The position numbers and the translations under genes are program-made. A stretch of DNA of 64,000 nt from Candidatus Krumholzibacteriia bacterium (GTDB lineage Bacteria > Krumholzibacteriota > Krumholzibacteriia > Krumholzibacteriales > Krumholzibacteriaceae), in NCBI GenBank assembly GCA_023131975.1, contig JAGLYV010000066.1:1-64000 (forward strand). The letters are read 5' to 3'. The notes beneath the pieces are model-generated. The model was not told where the DNA came from. It was given only the letters and a program-made list of their open reading frames with translations, and searched no databases. Shown piece after piece: positions 55,020 to 64,000 of the stretch (its first letter is position 1; each line of letters opens with the position of its first letter).

Positions 55020-57458
55020 ATGGAAAAGCAGCTGAATATCGTTGAAGCTCAGATCAATTCACTTGTCGGTGCTGTCAGGAAGACGGGGATCGCCAGGAAT
55101 ATCGAGAAGGAACTTCTCGGTGTCCAGAAAAAGCTTCACTATGGAAATATCGAAGATCAGCAGCAGCTTTTCGATCTGCTCTGTCACGTTGTGGGGGTCT
55201 CGAAGCCTCCGTATCTGATAGAAGACTGGGAAGAAGCGTGGGGAAATGTCTTTTCATACCTGGTCCAGATGATCCTCTCCTCCCCGGAGAGGTCGGAGAA
55301 GATCATTTCGCTTCTCTATGGTCCTGAAAATATTCCGGCAATTGTTTCGGAGGAGAATATACTCTGCATCAATCCCGGTTCAACATCGACCAAACTTGGA
55401 CTTTTCTCCGGATTGAAACTGATCGCGGAAGAGGAAGTTCACCTTCCTCCGGATTTTGAGGATACGATCGAGACGAGATCCGATGCCATTATCAAATGGA
55501 TGGAATCACAGGGTGTGGAGAAGGGACAGCTCACCGGCATAGCCTGCCGCGGTGGATTCGTCAGGTCCGTGCCGACCGGCACATACAGGGTCTGTCCCGA
55601 GATGCTGAAGGATCTCGAAAATCCGCGGATCGTTCATGCCTCCAATATGGCGATACCGATCGGACAGAAGATCGTGGAACGATACGCGGGCGACACTGAG
55701 ATCTTCGTCACTACCACCGATCCGGTCGCTTCAGACGAGATGAAGACTTCGGCCAGGCTGACCGGTATCAGGAAGCTTCTCAGGGACGGTTCGGGCGCGC
55801 ACTACCTCAATCATAACGCTGTCCACGGCCTGGTCTGCGCTATTCTGGGTGTTTCGAGGGAGGAGATGACGACGGTCGGCGCGCATATGGGTGGCGGAAT
55901 GTCCGTGGTCAGGCACGAGGGGGGGCAGGCGGGAGACCTGGTCAATGCTTTTTCCGGACTGCCGAGCGCCAACAGGTCGGGTAATATACCTCTCGATGTA
56001 CTCGTCGATGCTCATGACAGGGGCGAGATGAGTATCCCCGAACTCAAGAAATACCTCTTCGGCAGTGGGGGCCTGATCGACCTTGCCGGAACGAATGATT
56101 TCAAGGCGCTCATGCATTTCATGGACTCCGGCGCGGTCGACGTGCAGCACGAGAAGATAGAACTGATCCTCGATTTCATGACGAGCGGGATAGCCGGCGA
56201 GATAATGAAGTTGTCGGCGGTCGAGGGAACCATCGACGTGGTGATGCTGACAGGGGGGCTGGCGAGAAGCACCGAGTTCACAGGTATGATCAGGCGAAAA
56301 CTCCTGCCTTACTTCCCCGTAGTCACTATCCCGGGTTCGATCGAACACGAGGCCATGGTGGCGGGGTTGTTCGGGGCGAAATATAAACCGGCCACACTGA
56401 AGGATTACCCCGGAGAACGCGACAGGCTGAAGAAATTCAGGGCGATGGAGAAAGATCTTATCGATACGGAGATATTCTCTCACCCTCACCTCAGGCGCAA
56501 GGAAAACGCTCCGGTCGGCAGTCTCGACGAACTTATCTATGTCACGAGAGCTATGGTGGCCAGGTACAGGGCTCCCAGAATAGCTATCGTGGGCGCTGAG
56601 AACGAGGACGCCATGGCAGCTGCCAAGCAGGCGAACGAAGAAGGCCTCTATCCTGTGGCCAGGTTCGTCCTCGTCGGTGATTACTACAAGGTCAACCAGA
56701 TCGCATGGGACTACGATGTGAAGGTCGACGGAGACAACTATACGATAGTCGATGCTGACGATCCGGTAGAAAAGGCCCTCTCTCTTCTCGATTCCGGCGC
56801 GGTCGATCTTCTGATGAAGGGTGGAGTGAAGACGTCCGAGATCATGGGCGGCACTCTCCGGTACCTCAAGAAAAACGGGAAGCTGAAAAAAGGTTCCATA
56901 TACAGTCATGTCGGTGTCTTTGAGATACCGAGTTATCCAAAGCTTCTCATGGTGACCGACGCGGCCCTCATACCTGCCCCCAGCCAGAAGATAAAAAAGA
57001 AGATCCTGGAGAACGCCTTGCAGATAGCTTCCTATCTGAATATCGACAAACCTAAAGTGGCTGTCATCTCGGCAGTGGAAATAGCCAGCCCGAGCGTCGA
57101 GTCCTCCATGCTGGCGGCCGAACTCGCGGCAGAATACACCGACAGGGAAGACTGTATCGTCGAGGGGCCCCTTTCACTCGATGTGGCCATGTCCCCCCAG
57201 TCGGCTGCGGAAAAAAACTATAGAGGGCAGATCAGGGGTAACGCGGACATTCTTCTGATGCCCGATATCGAGGCTGGTAATGTCGTATACAAATCGCTGA
57301 CGGTATCGTCCGGGGCATTTCTGGCGGGCGCGATAGTCGGCGGAGGCGTTCCCATCGTCCTTACTTCCAGAGGCGATTCGGCCAGGTCCAAGCTGGCTTC
57401 GATCTGCCTTGCTTCGCTGGTAGCCATGAAACAGGGTGACGTTTCGATGAGTGATTGA
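55020..57458 (+). CDS. Butyrate kinase (Buk) fused to phosphate butyryl/acetyltransferase (Ptb/Pta), with an about 110-aa N-terminal extension.
   Basis: Residues about 112-470 are an ASKHA acyl-kinase (ILCINPGSTSTKLGLF; NHNAVHG; VMLTGGLARS). Residues about 500-812 are a phosphotransacylase (LLMKGGVKTSEIMGG; PDIEAGNVVYK; SRGDSARS). 812 aa single ORF. Confidence 0.75.
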   Translation: MEKQLNIVEAQINSLVGAVRKTGIARNIEKELLGVQKKLHYGNIEDQQQLFDLLCHVVGVSKPPYLIEDWEEAWGNVFSYLVQMILSSPERSEKIISLLYGPENIPAIVSEENILCINPGSTSTKLGLFSGLKLIAEEEVHLPPDFEDTIETRSDAIIKWMESQGVEKGQLTGIACRGGFVRSVPTGTYRVCPEMLKDLENPRIVHASNMAIPIGQKIVERYAGDTEIFVTTTDPVASDEMKTSARLTGIRKLLRDGSGAHYLNHNAVHGLVCAILGVSREEMTTVGAHMGGGMSVVRHEGGQAGDLVNAFSGLPSANRSGNIPLDVLVDAHDRGEMSIPELKKYLFGSGGLIDLAGTNDFKALMHFMDSGAVDVQHEKIELILDFMTSGIAGEIMKLSAVEGTIDVVMLTGGLARSTEFTGMIRRKLLPYFPVVTIPGSIEHEAMVAGLFGAKYKPATLKDYPGERDRLKKFRAMEKDLIDTEIFSHPHLRRKENAPVGSLDELIYVTRAMVARYRAPRIAIVGAENEDAMAAAKQANEEGLYPVARFVLVGDYYKVNQIAWDYDVKVDGDNYTIVDADDPVEKALSLLDSGAVDLLMKGGVKTSEIMGGTLRYLKKNGKLKKGSIYSHVGVFEIPSYPKLLMVTDAALIPAPSQKIKKKILENALQIASYLNIDKPKVAVISAVEIASPSVESSMLAAELAAEYTDREDCIVEGPLSLDVAMSPQSAAEKNYRGQIRGNADILLMPDIEAGNVVYKSLTVSSGAFLAGAIVGGGVPIVLTSRGDSARSKLASICLASLVAMKQGDVSMSD

Positions 57459-57594
57459 TCCCGGGCTATCTGATTTCCCCGTTTTTGTCACACTTTTTGC
57501 CAGTACGTATAGTTTGCACTACGGACACGCCGGCCTGCGCGTGCGTACGGGCTGTGATTACGGTTCCGTCGACTTCGGGCAAGTCTATAATCGG

Positions 57595-57623
57595 TTGCAA
57601 AATATTCGGATATGTGATAAAAT
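57595..57623 (+). promoter_or_regulatory. Candidate sigma70-type promoter (TTGCAA, 17-nt spacer, TAAAAT) about 200 nt upstream of the C1 protease gene.
   Basis: -35 TTGCAA at 57595-57600, 17-nt spacer, -10 TAAAAT at 57618-57623, inside a 360-bp intergenic region. Confidence 0.35.
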
Positions 57624-57817
57624 GCCGCAGAATACGGCACATGGTCTTGTACCCTGCTGTCAGCGTCGCGGATGCTGCCGGTGGGAATTAGCGGATTTGG
57701 ATAATAACAACGACATCATAACCGGGAGGTGAAAGGAAAACTGGCAGTTTGTTTCACTGGAAAGAGAATTTGGGATAAGGGATCGTCTTTTATCATTGTT
57801 TCAAGGAGAGATCGAGA

Positions 57818-60034
57818 ATGAAATCGAAATTACTGCTGCTTGTACTCATTATCTTCACTGCCTCGGCGCTCTTCTCGGGAGCGGCCGACGCGCAGGTACC
57901 GACCAAGGGACCAAAGAATCCCAAGTCGGTTCCGGGCACTGCTTCTGAATTCGGATATATACCGCCACCGGTCGACCTTTCACATATCGTTGTGACACCC
58001 GGCAGGCTGATGGCACCGGCGGCTTCATGGGACTGGCGTTCGACAAGCCAGGTTACCTCGGTGAAGAACCAGAATCCCTACGGGACATGCTGGGCATTCG
58101 GCACCCTGGGTTCCTTCGAGGCTTTTATACTCATCAACGAGTCGATAGCGTATGATTATTCCGAGCATAACATCCAGGGTTGCAATGTCGTTTCGACAGA
58201 CTGCAACGCGGGTGGTAACGCGTGGATGTCGGTGAACTATCTTGCCCTCTCAGGCACGATAGACGAATCATGCGACACCTACCCCGGTACCTGCCCCGCG
58301 GCGACATGCAGCAACCCTGCCTGTTCGTTCGACAAACAGGTAACCGAGTGGAGAGTCATTCCGAATGACGTTACGGCGATCAAGAATGCCGTACAGACCT
58401 ATGGCCCTCTCTATGTATCGATGTACGCCAGTTTCCCCGGTTTCAGTTCCTATGACGGAACGACATGTCTCGTCTATGCCGGAACGGAAGATCCGAATCA
58501 TGCCGTAGTCATCGTCGGATGGGACGACGACATGTGCGGTGGCAACGGTGCCTGGATCGTCAAGAACTCCTGGGGCACGGCCTGGGGTGACAACGGTTAT
58601 TTCTACATCGAGTATGGAAGCGCGAGGATCGGTTCGAACGCGAACGTCATCACCGATTACAAGAATTACGATCCCAACGAGACTATCTACTACTTTGACG
58701 AATATGGCTGGTGGAGCTCCGTCGGATACGGAGACGGCAACGACTGGGGTATGGTCGCCGTCACCCCGACGACCAGTAACGAATATCTCTATAGTGTCGA
58801 TTTCTGGGCCACAGCGGCGAATTGTTCGTACAGCATCTACGTGTACGACACATTCTCCGGCGGCGTTCTTTCGGATGTTCTCGCGGGTCCGATCAGCGGC
58901 ACTGTCAGCGATGCTGGTTACTATTCCATAGATCTTCCGACTCCTCTGCAGGTAACGTCCGGTGACGTGATCTACCTTGCCGCCGACCTGACGACGCCTG
59001 GATACAACTATCCCGTTCCATACGACGACACGGGCCCAATGGAGACGAACAAATGTTTTGTCAGCAATGATGGGACATCCTGGAGCGCCCTCGATAATGG
59101 CAACTATGCGATGGGCGACACAGGTATACGCGGTCGTATAGGACCCGAGATCGTGGCAGGCGAATGTTCGATGGAAGGGGACCCCGCGTTTTTCGTAGGA
59201 TTCCCGGGTGGCACGATCAATGTCATCAAGGGTGAGACATGGTGCTCCGATATCGCCAACACGAACTTCGGCTTCGTTTCCACCATCTGTACCGAAATGG
59301 ACACCTTCTGTATGCACTACGGAGACCTGCTCGGCTGGACGATCAGCTCTGCTGATTTCCCCGAAGGTGCATGTTTCACGGTCAACCCCGGTTCTTACTA
59401 CTGGAACGAAGTCTGTATCTCAGTTCCCTGTGATGCTGTCATCGGAGCGACGAACACGCTGACAGCCTTCATGGCTTTCTGTGATCTGAACGGTGTCTGC
59501 GCACCCGACTGCGGCGATTGTGAAGATCCGAACTGGTACGGGGGCGACCCGTATTATCAGACGACCACACAGGACTTCGAGGTGGTCGAATCTCCACCCG
59601 CACTCTACATCCTGCAGGATACGCTGTACTATGTGGAGCAGGGACAGACAGCCGCTTACATACCGTTCTCGATATGTAACGGAGATCCGTGTGCCGCGGC
59701 CACCGACTATGGTTACAGCATTGTCAGCCTTGGAGTAGTCGGCGCCGCGATCAATCAGAACGGTACTGCTGTCGGTGTCGTGGGAGGCAGCTGCCAGGAC
59801 GTCTACGGTATAATCGATGCCGGTCTTTCCGACGTCTGCGATTATGACACATTGACTATAATCGCCTGGGATGCTGCTACTGGATCGGTCTACGACACAT
59901 GCATTCAGGTCATTCATATTGTCGAGCCGGTTCCGGTACCTCTCTTCAGTACGCCGGTTATCGTGCTACTGGTAATAGCGATGTTCCTTACAGCCGCCAT
60001 CATCATGAAGCGGCGGGCTGCTGAAAGCGCCTGA
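57818..60034 (+). CDS. Secreted papain-like cysteine peptidase (C1 family) with a large C-terminal extension and a C-terminal hydrophobic anchor plus basic tail.
   Basis: Signal peptide. QNPYGTCWAFG (catalytic Cys), NHAVVIVGWDD (His), KNSWGTAWGDNGYF (Asn/Trp). C-terminus ...VEPVPVPLFSTPVIVLLVIAMFLTAAIIMKRRAAESA. GGAG SD before ATG 57818. Confidence 0.8.
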   Translation: MKSKLLLLVLIIFTASALFSGAADAQVPTKGPKNPKSVPGTASEFGYIPPPVDLSHIVVTPGRLMAPAASWDWRSTSQVTSVKNQNPYGTCWAFGTLGSFEAFILINESIAYDYSEHNIQGCNVVSTDCNAGGNAWMSVNYLALSGTIDESCDTYPGTCPAATCSNPACSFDKQVTEWRVIPNDVTAIKNAVQTYGPLYVSMYASFPGFSSYDGTTCLVYAGTEDPNHAVVIVGWDDDMCGGNGAWIVKNSWGTAWGDNGYFYIEYGSARIGSNANVITDYKNYDPNETIYYFDEYGWWSSVGYGDGNDWGMVAVTPTTSNEYLYSVDFWATAANCSYSIYVYDTFSGGVLSDVLAGPISGTVSDAGYYSIDLPTPLQVTSGDVIYLAADLTTPGYNYPVPYDDTGPMETNKCFVSNDGTSWSALDNGNYAMGDTGIRGRIGPEIVAGECSMEGDPAFFVGFPGGTINVIKGETWCSDIANTNFGFVSTICTEMDTFCMHYGDLLGWTISSADFPEGACFTVNPGSYYWNEVCISVPCDAVIGATNTLTAFMAFCDLNGVCAPDCGDCEDPNWYGGDPYYQTTTQDFEVVESPPALYILQDTLYYVEQGQTAAYIPFSICNGDPCAAATDYGYSIVSLGVVGAAINQNGTAVGVVGGSCQDVYGIIDAGLSDVCDYDTLTIIAWDAATGSVYDTCIQVIHIVEPVPVPLFSTPVIVLLVIAMFLTAAIIMKRRAAESA

Positions 60035-60138
60035 GACGCGTGACAGGCAAAGATAGACTGGACGGGCGCGCGGAGCTTAGCTTTGCGCGCCCGTGCTTTA
60101 ATGTGGACCTGCCGGCATATTATGACTAATATCACCGC

Positions 60139-63100
60139 ATGAGTATCAGGGTTTTCACCGCATATGATTTTCGTCCTCTCGAAGATGAGTTGATCCGGAG
60201 GATCGACGCTGTCAAGGCCTCGGATCCTCTGGCTCCCGTGTATATACTTGCCGGATCAAATCTGGCCGGGAGATATCTGAACGATCTTCTGTCTCACAGA
60301 ATGGGTGGGGTCTTTAATGTCGGGATAATGACATTTCCCGACCTCGTCTCACTGGTGGCTGAATCGGCGGGAATCGAATGTCCTCTGACCCTTCCCCCTT
60401 TCTCGGGACGGATAGTCATTGAAGGGATGCGGCGAAGGGGCGAGATACCACGGTATTTCGAGTCGATATCGATGACCGACGGTTTTCCGGAAGCTGTGCT
60501 GGGAACGCTGACCGATATCGATGAGGCCGGATTCGATGCTGCTATCGCGAAAAACCTTTCCGGGAAGCGGGACGCACGGGCCGGGACAAGAGACCTTCTT
60601 GATATATATATGGGCTACAGAGACAGGATCGCGCGGATCGGTGGTGACATCCACTCGTTCTTCAGGGATGTGACGGCCGCTGCTGGCAGCCTGGATACAG
60701 GACCTTCCATATTCGTCTACGGATTCTACGATATGAATGAATTGCAGTATCGGTTTCTTTCCTCGATTTCGGGGTGGGGTGGAATAGATATCTTCATTCC
60801 GGTAGACGGGGAGGAAGAGAGCCTGTCGGGACGATTCGTCAGCCGCCTGAAAGATTCCGGTTTCGATCATACGCATCTCGATAGAGAAAAAGAGCGTCCG
60901 GGTGGGAAAAAAGCTTGTCTGGACGGCAAAAAAACGAATAGGCTTACTGGCCCCGCGAGGGAGGTCTTCAGCGCTCACGATCCGGAATCGGAGATCCGCG
61001 AAATAGCCTCCAGGGTACTCGATCTGGCCGGACGCTCGATCCGGTTCGGGGAGATGGCCCTTCTGATCCCACCCGGATATGACGAGAGTCTGGTGGGAGA
61101 GATATTCGATGAGGCCCTGATCCCCTGTTACATGTCCGGGCATCCGTTTCTCGAACTCTCCGCTCACGCGAGGACCCTTCTTTCACTGGCGGGCCTGATG
61201 GTCGGAGTTCCCTCGAGGTCCCGGCTTGTCGATCTTCTCGCTTCCATTCCTCTGAATGCGAATGGGGACACAAATGGGCATCCGGACCCGTTTTCCGTAT
61301 GGATCCGCGTGAGTGCCGAATCTGGCATGACGGGCGAAAATGGTTGGGTTGAAGAGAATGTCGAACTGATCGACAGACTTGAAAGAAAGATGGATGAAAA
61401 AGACGGAGACAGAGATCTGGTAGATGCGGTAAGACGTTCGGGAGAGGTCATCGAGAATATCATGGCCCTTTCAAAGGTGGATCGGACAGCTTCCTGGAGC
61501 GACAGGGTCGAAGCCCTCTCCGGTGTGGCTGCCTGGCTTCTGGGAAAGGACGAAGAGTCCCGTGCCGTACTTCATAAGATCTCCGGGCTGGTCGAGCTTG
61601 ATCGTATAGACCGGGAATGTCCGGCGAGGGTCTTCTGTTCCGTGCTGAAGGACCTGTTGTCGCGACCTGCCGGAGCGGCGGGCAGATTCGGTGGGGAGGG
61701 AGTCAACATACTGCCATTGTCGGCGGCTCGGGGACTCAGGTTCAGGGCTGTCTTCATCCCCGGACTGACAGAAGATGCCTTGCCCGGCAGGACCGGCAGA
61801 GACCCTTTTCTTTCCGACGAGGGGAGAGAAACACTGGAGAGACTGTCGGGTTCCGGGGTGAGGTTTTCGAGAAGACAGGACAGGCCTGGAGAACTCAGAC
61901 ATATCTTCGACCTGGCCTGCCGATCAGCGGGCGAGTACCTTTTTCACAGTTTTCCGAGAAATGGAGAGGGGACAGACAGGGAAAAGATCCCTTCTTCTTT
62001 TCTTGATCCTGAAAGCGGAGAGGATGCCGTCCAGGGTGGCAGTGGGGACATTGCTGCTGAGGGCCGGGTACCTGTGACCAGAGTGCCCTGTGGTCCGGTT
62101 CATGCGTGGTCCAGGGAGCCCATAAGTGAAGAGGAGTTCAGTCTGCTATCCGTGTTCAGGTGCGGCGAAAAGGCAGGCGAACTTTTTGAGAATATGTTTT
62201 TTGCGAAAGGCCTGCGGCTGTCATCTTCGAGGTGGAAGAAAAGTAGATTGTCCGCGTATGACGGGATCATAGGTTCGAAAGAGGGGTTGAGCGCGCTTCG
62301 TTCGATGCTCGATTCCAGGACTCGTGTGTTTTCACCGACTTCGCTGGAGAGATGGGCGGGGTGCCCGTTTGTATACTTCCTTAACGATATTCTCGGAGTG
62401 GAATCGGTCGAGGAGCCTGAAGAAATGATCTCCATCGATCCTCTTCGGAGGGGGATCGTCGTTCATTCGATCATGGAGGTCCTCTATGGCGAATTAAATA
62501 GAAAGAAACTTCTTCCCCTGACCGCGGAAAATCGTGGGGTGGTGCTTGAAGCCGTGGCCAGGGTCAGCGGCGACACACTCGAACGTTTCGCCTCCAGAGA
62601 GCCTGTCGGACTGAAGATGTTCTGGGAAGTGGAAAAGAGGATGATCATCCAGTCGGTCATCGGATATATCGAATCGGAGATACGGGAACAGGACGGTATG
62701 ATCCCCATCGAGTACGAGAGCGCGTTTGGTTTCGGGCCTGACGGGGTTGATGTGGTATTGGACACGGGAAAGAGATCGATACATTTCAGGGGCAGGATAG
62801 ATCGGATAGACCGGGACCCCTCGAGCAGGTTCCGGGTCATTGACTACAAGACTGGAAAACTTGACGGCAGGAAGGACAACGACCTTGGCGGCGGAGTCTA
62901 TCTTCAGCTGCCGGTCTATCTGCTCGCCGCGGCGCGGATGCTGGGTCTTGATATCGGTGATGGTGTCGCCCAGTACAGGAAAGTCGCGCCGGGTGGCGGC
63001 AGGAGAGTCGTTACCTTTTCAGGAGAGGACTGGGAGGAGATGTCCAGGCAGCTTGGAGATGTGGTCGATGTCATCACTTCCGGCATGGAGGGCGGACTGT

Positions 63101-63258
63101 TCTTTATCTCCCCCGATAAGCAGGGGTGCAGATTCTGTGGTCTTTCGTCGGCCTGTCCTTCGATGAGGGGTTATATCCTGGAAGAGAAGGTAATGAAGGA
63201 CGACAGGTGCCGGGCGTATATATCGATGAGAAGAGGGGAGGCAGAAGGTGAAGGGTGA
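60139..63258 (+). CDS. addB: AddB/RexB-type helicase-nuclease subunit (PD-(D/E)XK nuclease with Fe-S cluster).
   Basis: 1039 aa. Degenerate N-terminal helicase-like domain. C-terminal nuclease domain with CRFCGLSSAC (CxxCxxxxC) Fe-S cysteines. Followed immediately by an AddA-like gene. Confidence 0.65.
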   Translation: MSIRVFTAYDFRPLEDELIRRIDAVKASDPLAPVYILAGSNLAGRYLNDLLSHRMGGVFNVGIMTFPDLVSLVAESAGIECPLTLPPFSGRIVIEGMRRRGEIPRYFESISMTDGFPEAVLGTLTDIDEAGFDAAIAKNLSGKRDARAGTRDLLDIYMGYRDRIARIGGDIHSFFRDVTAAAGSLDTGPSIFVYGFYDMNELQYRFLSSISGWGGIDIFIPVDGEEESLSGRFVSRLKDSGFDHTHLDREKERPGGKKACLDGKKTNRLTGPAREVFSAHDPESEIREIASRVLDLAGRSIRFGEMALLIPPGYDESLVGEIFDEALIPCYMSGHPFLELSAHARTLLSLAGLMVGVPSRSRLVDLLASIPLNANGDTNGHPDPFSVWIRVSAESGMTGENGWVEENVELIDRLERKMDEKDGDRDLVDAVRRSGEVIENIMALSKVDRTASWSDRVEALSGVAAWLLGKDEESRAVLHKISGLVELDRIDRECPARVFCSVLKDLLSRPAGAAGRFGGEGVNILPLSAARGLRFRAVFIPGLTEDALPGRTGRDPFLSDEGRETLERLSGSGVRFSRRQDRPGELRHIFDLACRSAGEYLFHSFPRNGEGTDREKIPSSFLDPESGEDAVQGGSGDIAAEGRVPVTRVPCGPVHAWSREPISEEEFSLLSVFRCGEKAGELFENMFFAKGLRLSSSRWKKSRLSAYDGIIGSKEGLSALRSMLDSRTRVFSPTSLERWAGCPFVYFLNDILGVESVEEPEEMISIDPLRRGIVVHSIMEVLYGELNRKKLLPLTAENRGVVLEAVARVSGDTLERFASREPVGLKMFWEVEKRMIIQSVIGYIESEIREQDGMIPIEYESAFGFGPDGVDVVLDTGKRSIHFRGRIDRIDRDPSSRFRVIDYKTGKLDGRKDNDLGGGVYLQLPVYLLAAARMLGLDIGDGVAQYRKVAPGGGRRVVTFSGEDWEEMSRQLGDVVDVITSGMEGGLFFISPDKQGCRFCGLSSACPSMRGYILEEKVMKDDRCRAYISMRRGEAEGEG

Positions 63259-64000
63259 ACGGGCTACCAGGCCGGTCGATTTCGAGGCCAGGCTGAGAGC
63301 AGTATCGGATCTGGATTCCTCGCTCTGCCTGGAAGCTGGCGCCGGAACGGGAAAGACTACTCTTCTTGTCGATAGATATCTTTCCATTATAGGTCAGGGT
63401 AGAGCCCTGCCGGGCCAGATAGTAGCCATTACATTTACCGAGAAGGCTGCCGCCGAGATGAAATCACGTCTCAGAAGAGAGATCGATTCCCGGATCGCAT
63501 CCCTCGGCAGGGATGATGTTTCCAGTGAAAGATTCAGGGAGGCCAGGAGCCATCTCGAGAGCGCGCATATATCGACTATTCACGCCTTTGCTTCTTCTCT
63601 TCTGCGCGAGAACCCTGTCGAGGCGGGGATCGATCCGGGTTTCGGGCTTCTCGATGATATCGAGGGCGAGATGCTTCTCGACGAATGCTGGAACACTTTT
63701 CTCTCGCGTCCGCACGAGGGGGCGGAAGATATCATTCGTTCCTGGTACATGGCCGGAGGCAGGGTCGACAATCTTCGAGATCTGGCGATGCATTTTTACT
63801 ATGGGCGTGGAAACGAAGCTCTATCCGGAATATTTGAAGACGCGGCGGGAAATATCTCTGAACATGTGCCGGTAGACACAAGTGTCTCTGAACAGACGAA
63901 GGTAGACACAGTCGTCTTGCCTGAAAGTCTGGCCGATCTTGTCGAAGAATCAATTTCGAGGCTGAAGCTGCTTCTGGAATCCTCCTGTGATGACAGGGAC
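63248..64000 (+). CDS. addA: AddA/RecB-type UvrD-family helicase-nuclease, N-terminal part; continues beyond the window end.
   Basis: GTG 63248 (overlaps the addB stop). LEAGAGTGKTTLLVDRYL (Walker A), ITFTEKAAAEM (motif Ia), STIHAFASSLLRE (motif II region). No stop before position 64000. Confidence 0.7.
   Translation, partial: MKGERATRPVDFEARLRAVSDLDSSLCLEAGAGTGKTTLLVDRYLSIIGQGRALPGQIVAITFTEKAAAEMKSRLRREIDSRIASLGRDDVSSERFREARSHLESAHISTIHAFASSLLRENPVEAGIDPGFGLLDDIEGEMLLDECWNTFLSRPHEGAEDIIRSWYMAGGRVDNLRDLAMHFYYGRGNEALSGIFEDAAGNISEHVPVDTSVSEQTKVDTVVLPESLADLVEESISRLKLLLESSCDDRD

Noticed and set aside
1-64000. CRISPR arrays, IS elements, integrases and tRNA/rRNA genes.
   Set aside because: I found no regularly spaced direct repeats, no transposase/integrase-like ORFs and no rRNA or tRNA-like structures. 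The window looks like ordinary chromosome.

Overview
Annotation of a 64-kb chromosomal window that looks like it comes from an uncultivated Gram-negative bacterium (about 55% GC), with roughly 50 mostly well-packed genes on both strands. There are no rRNA or tRNA genes, CRISPR arrays, transposases or integrases.

Much of the content is secreted or lipoprotein peptide-scavenging machinery. This includes three S9-family serine peptidase paralogs, an OPT oligopeptide transporter, an AbgT transporter, a secreted papain-like C1 protease and an ABC-2 exporter. Envelope and polysaccharide genes are also present: two GT4 glycosyltransferases, a GT39/ArnT-like transferase with TPR, a CE4 deacetylase, a PAP2 phosphatase and an OMP beta-barrel. 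Housekeeping genes include RluA-type pseudouridine synthase, cyclophilin, endonuclease III, AddB with the start of AddA, an M50 site-2 protease and PanD.

Four stretches stand out as candidates for the undescribed system:
- A translationally coupled four-gene minus-strand operon (11685-15277): an SPFH/Band-7 protein carrying three C-terminal zinc ribbons, followed by three paralogous zinc-ribbon proteins.
- A CapK/PaaK-like adenylate-forming enzyme fused to a catalytically degenerate PanD-like domain, immediately followed by a canonical PanD, downstream of a frameshifted GT4 and a CE4 deacetylase.
- An acyl-metabolism cluster encoding a CoA-transferase-GNAT fusion, an AcuC-type deacetylase and a butyrate kinase-phosphotransacylase fusion.
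- A lipoprotein built from about 14 tandem repeats of roughly 40 aa.

All functional calls come from motif and family recognition by eye; no database searches were run.
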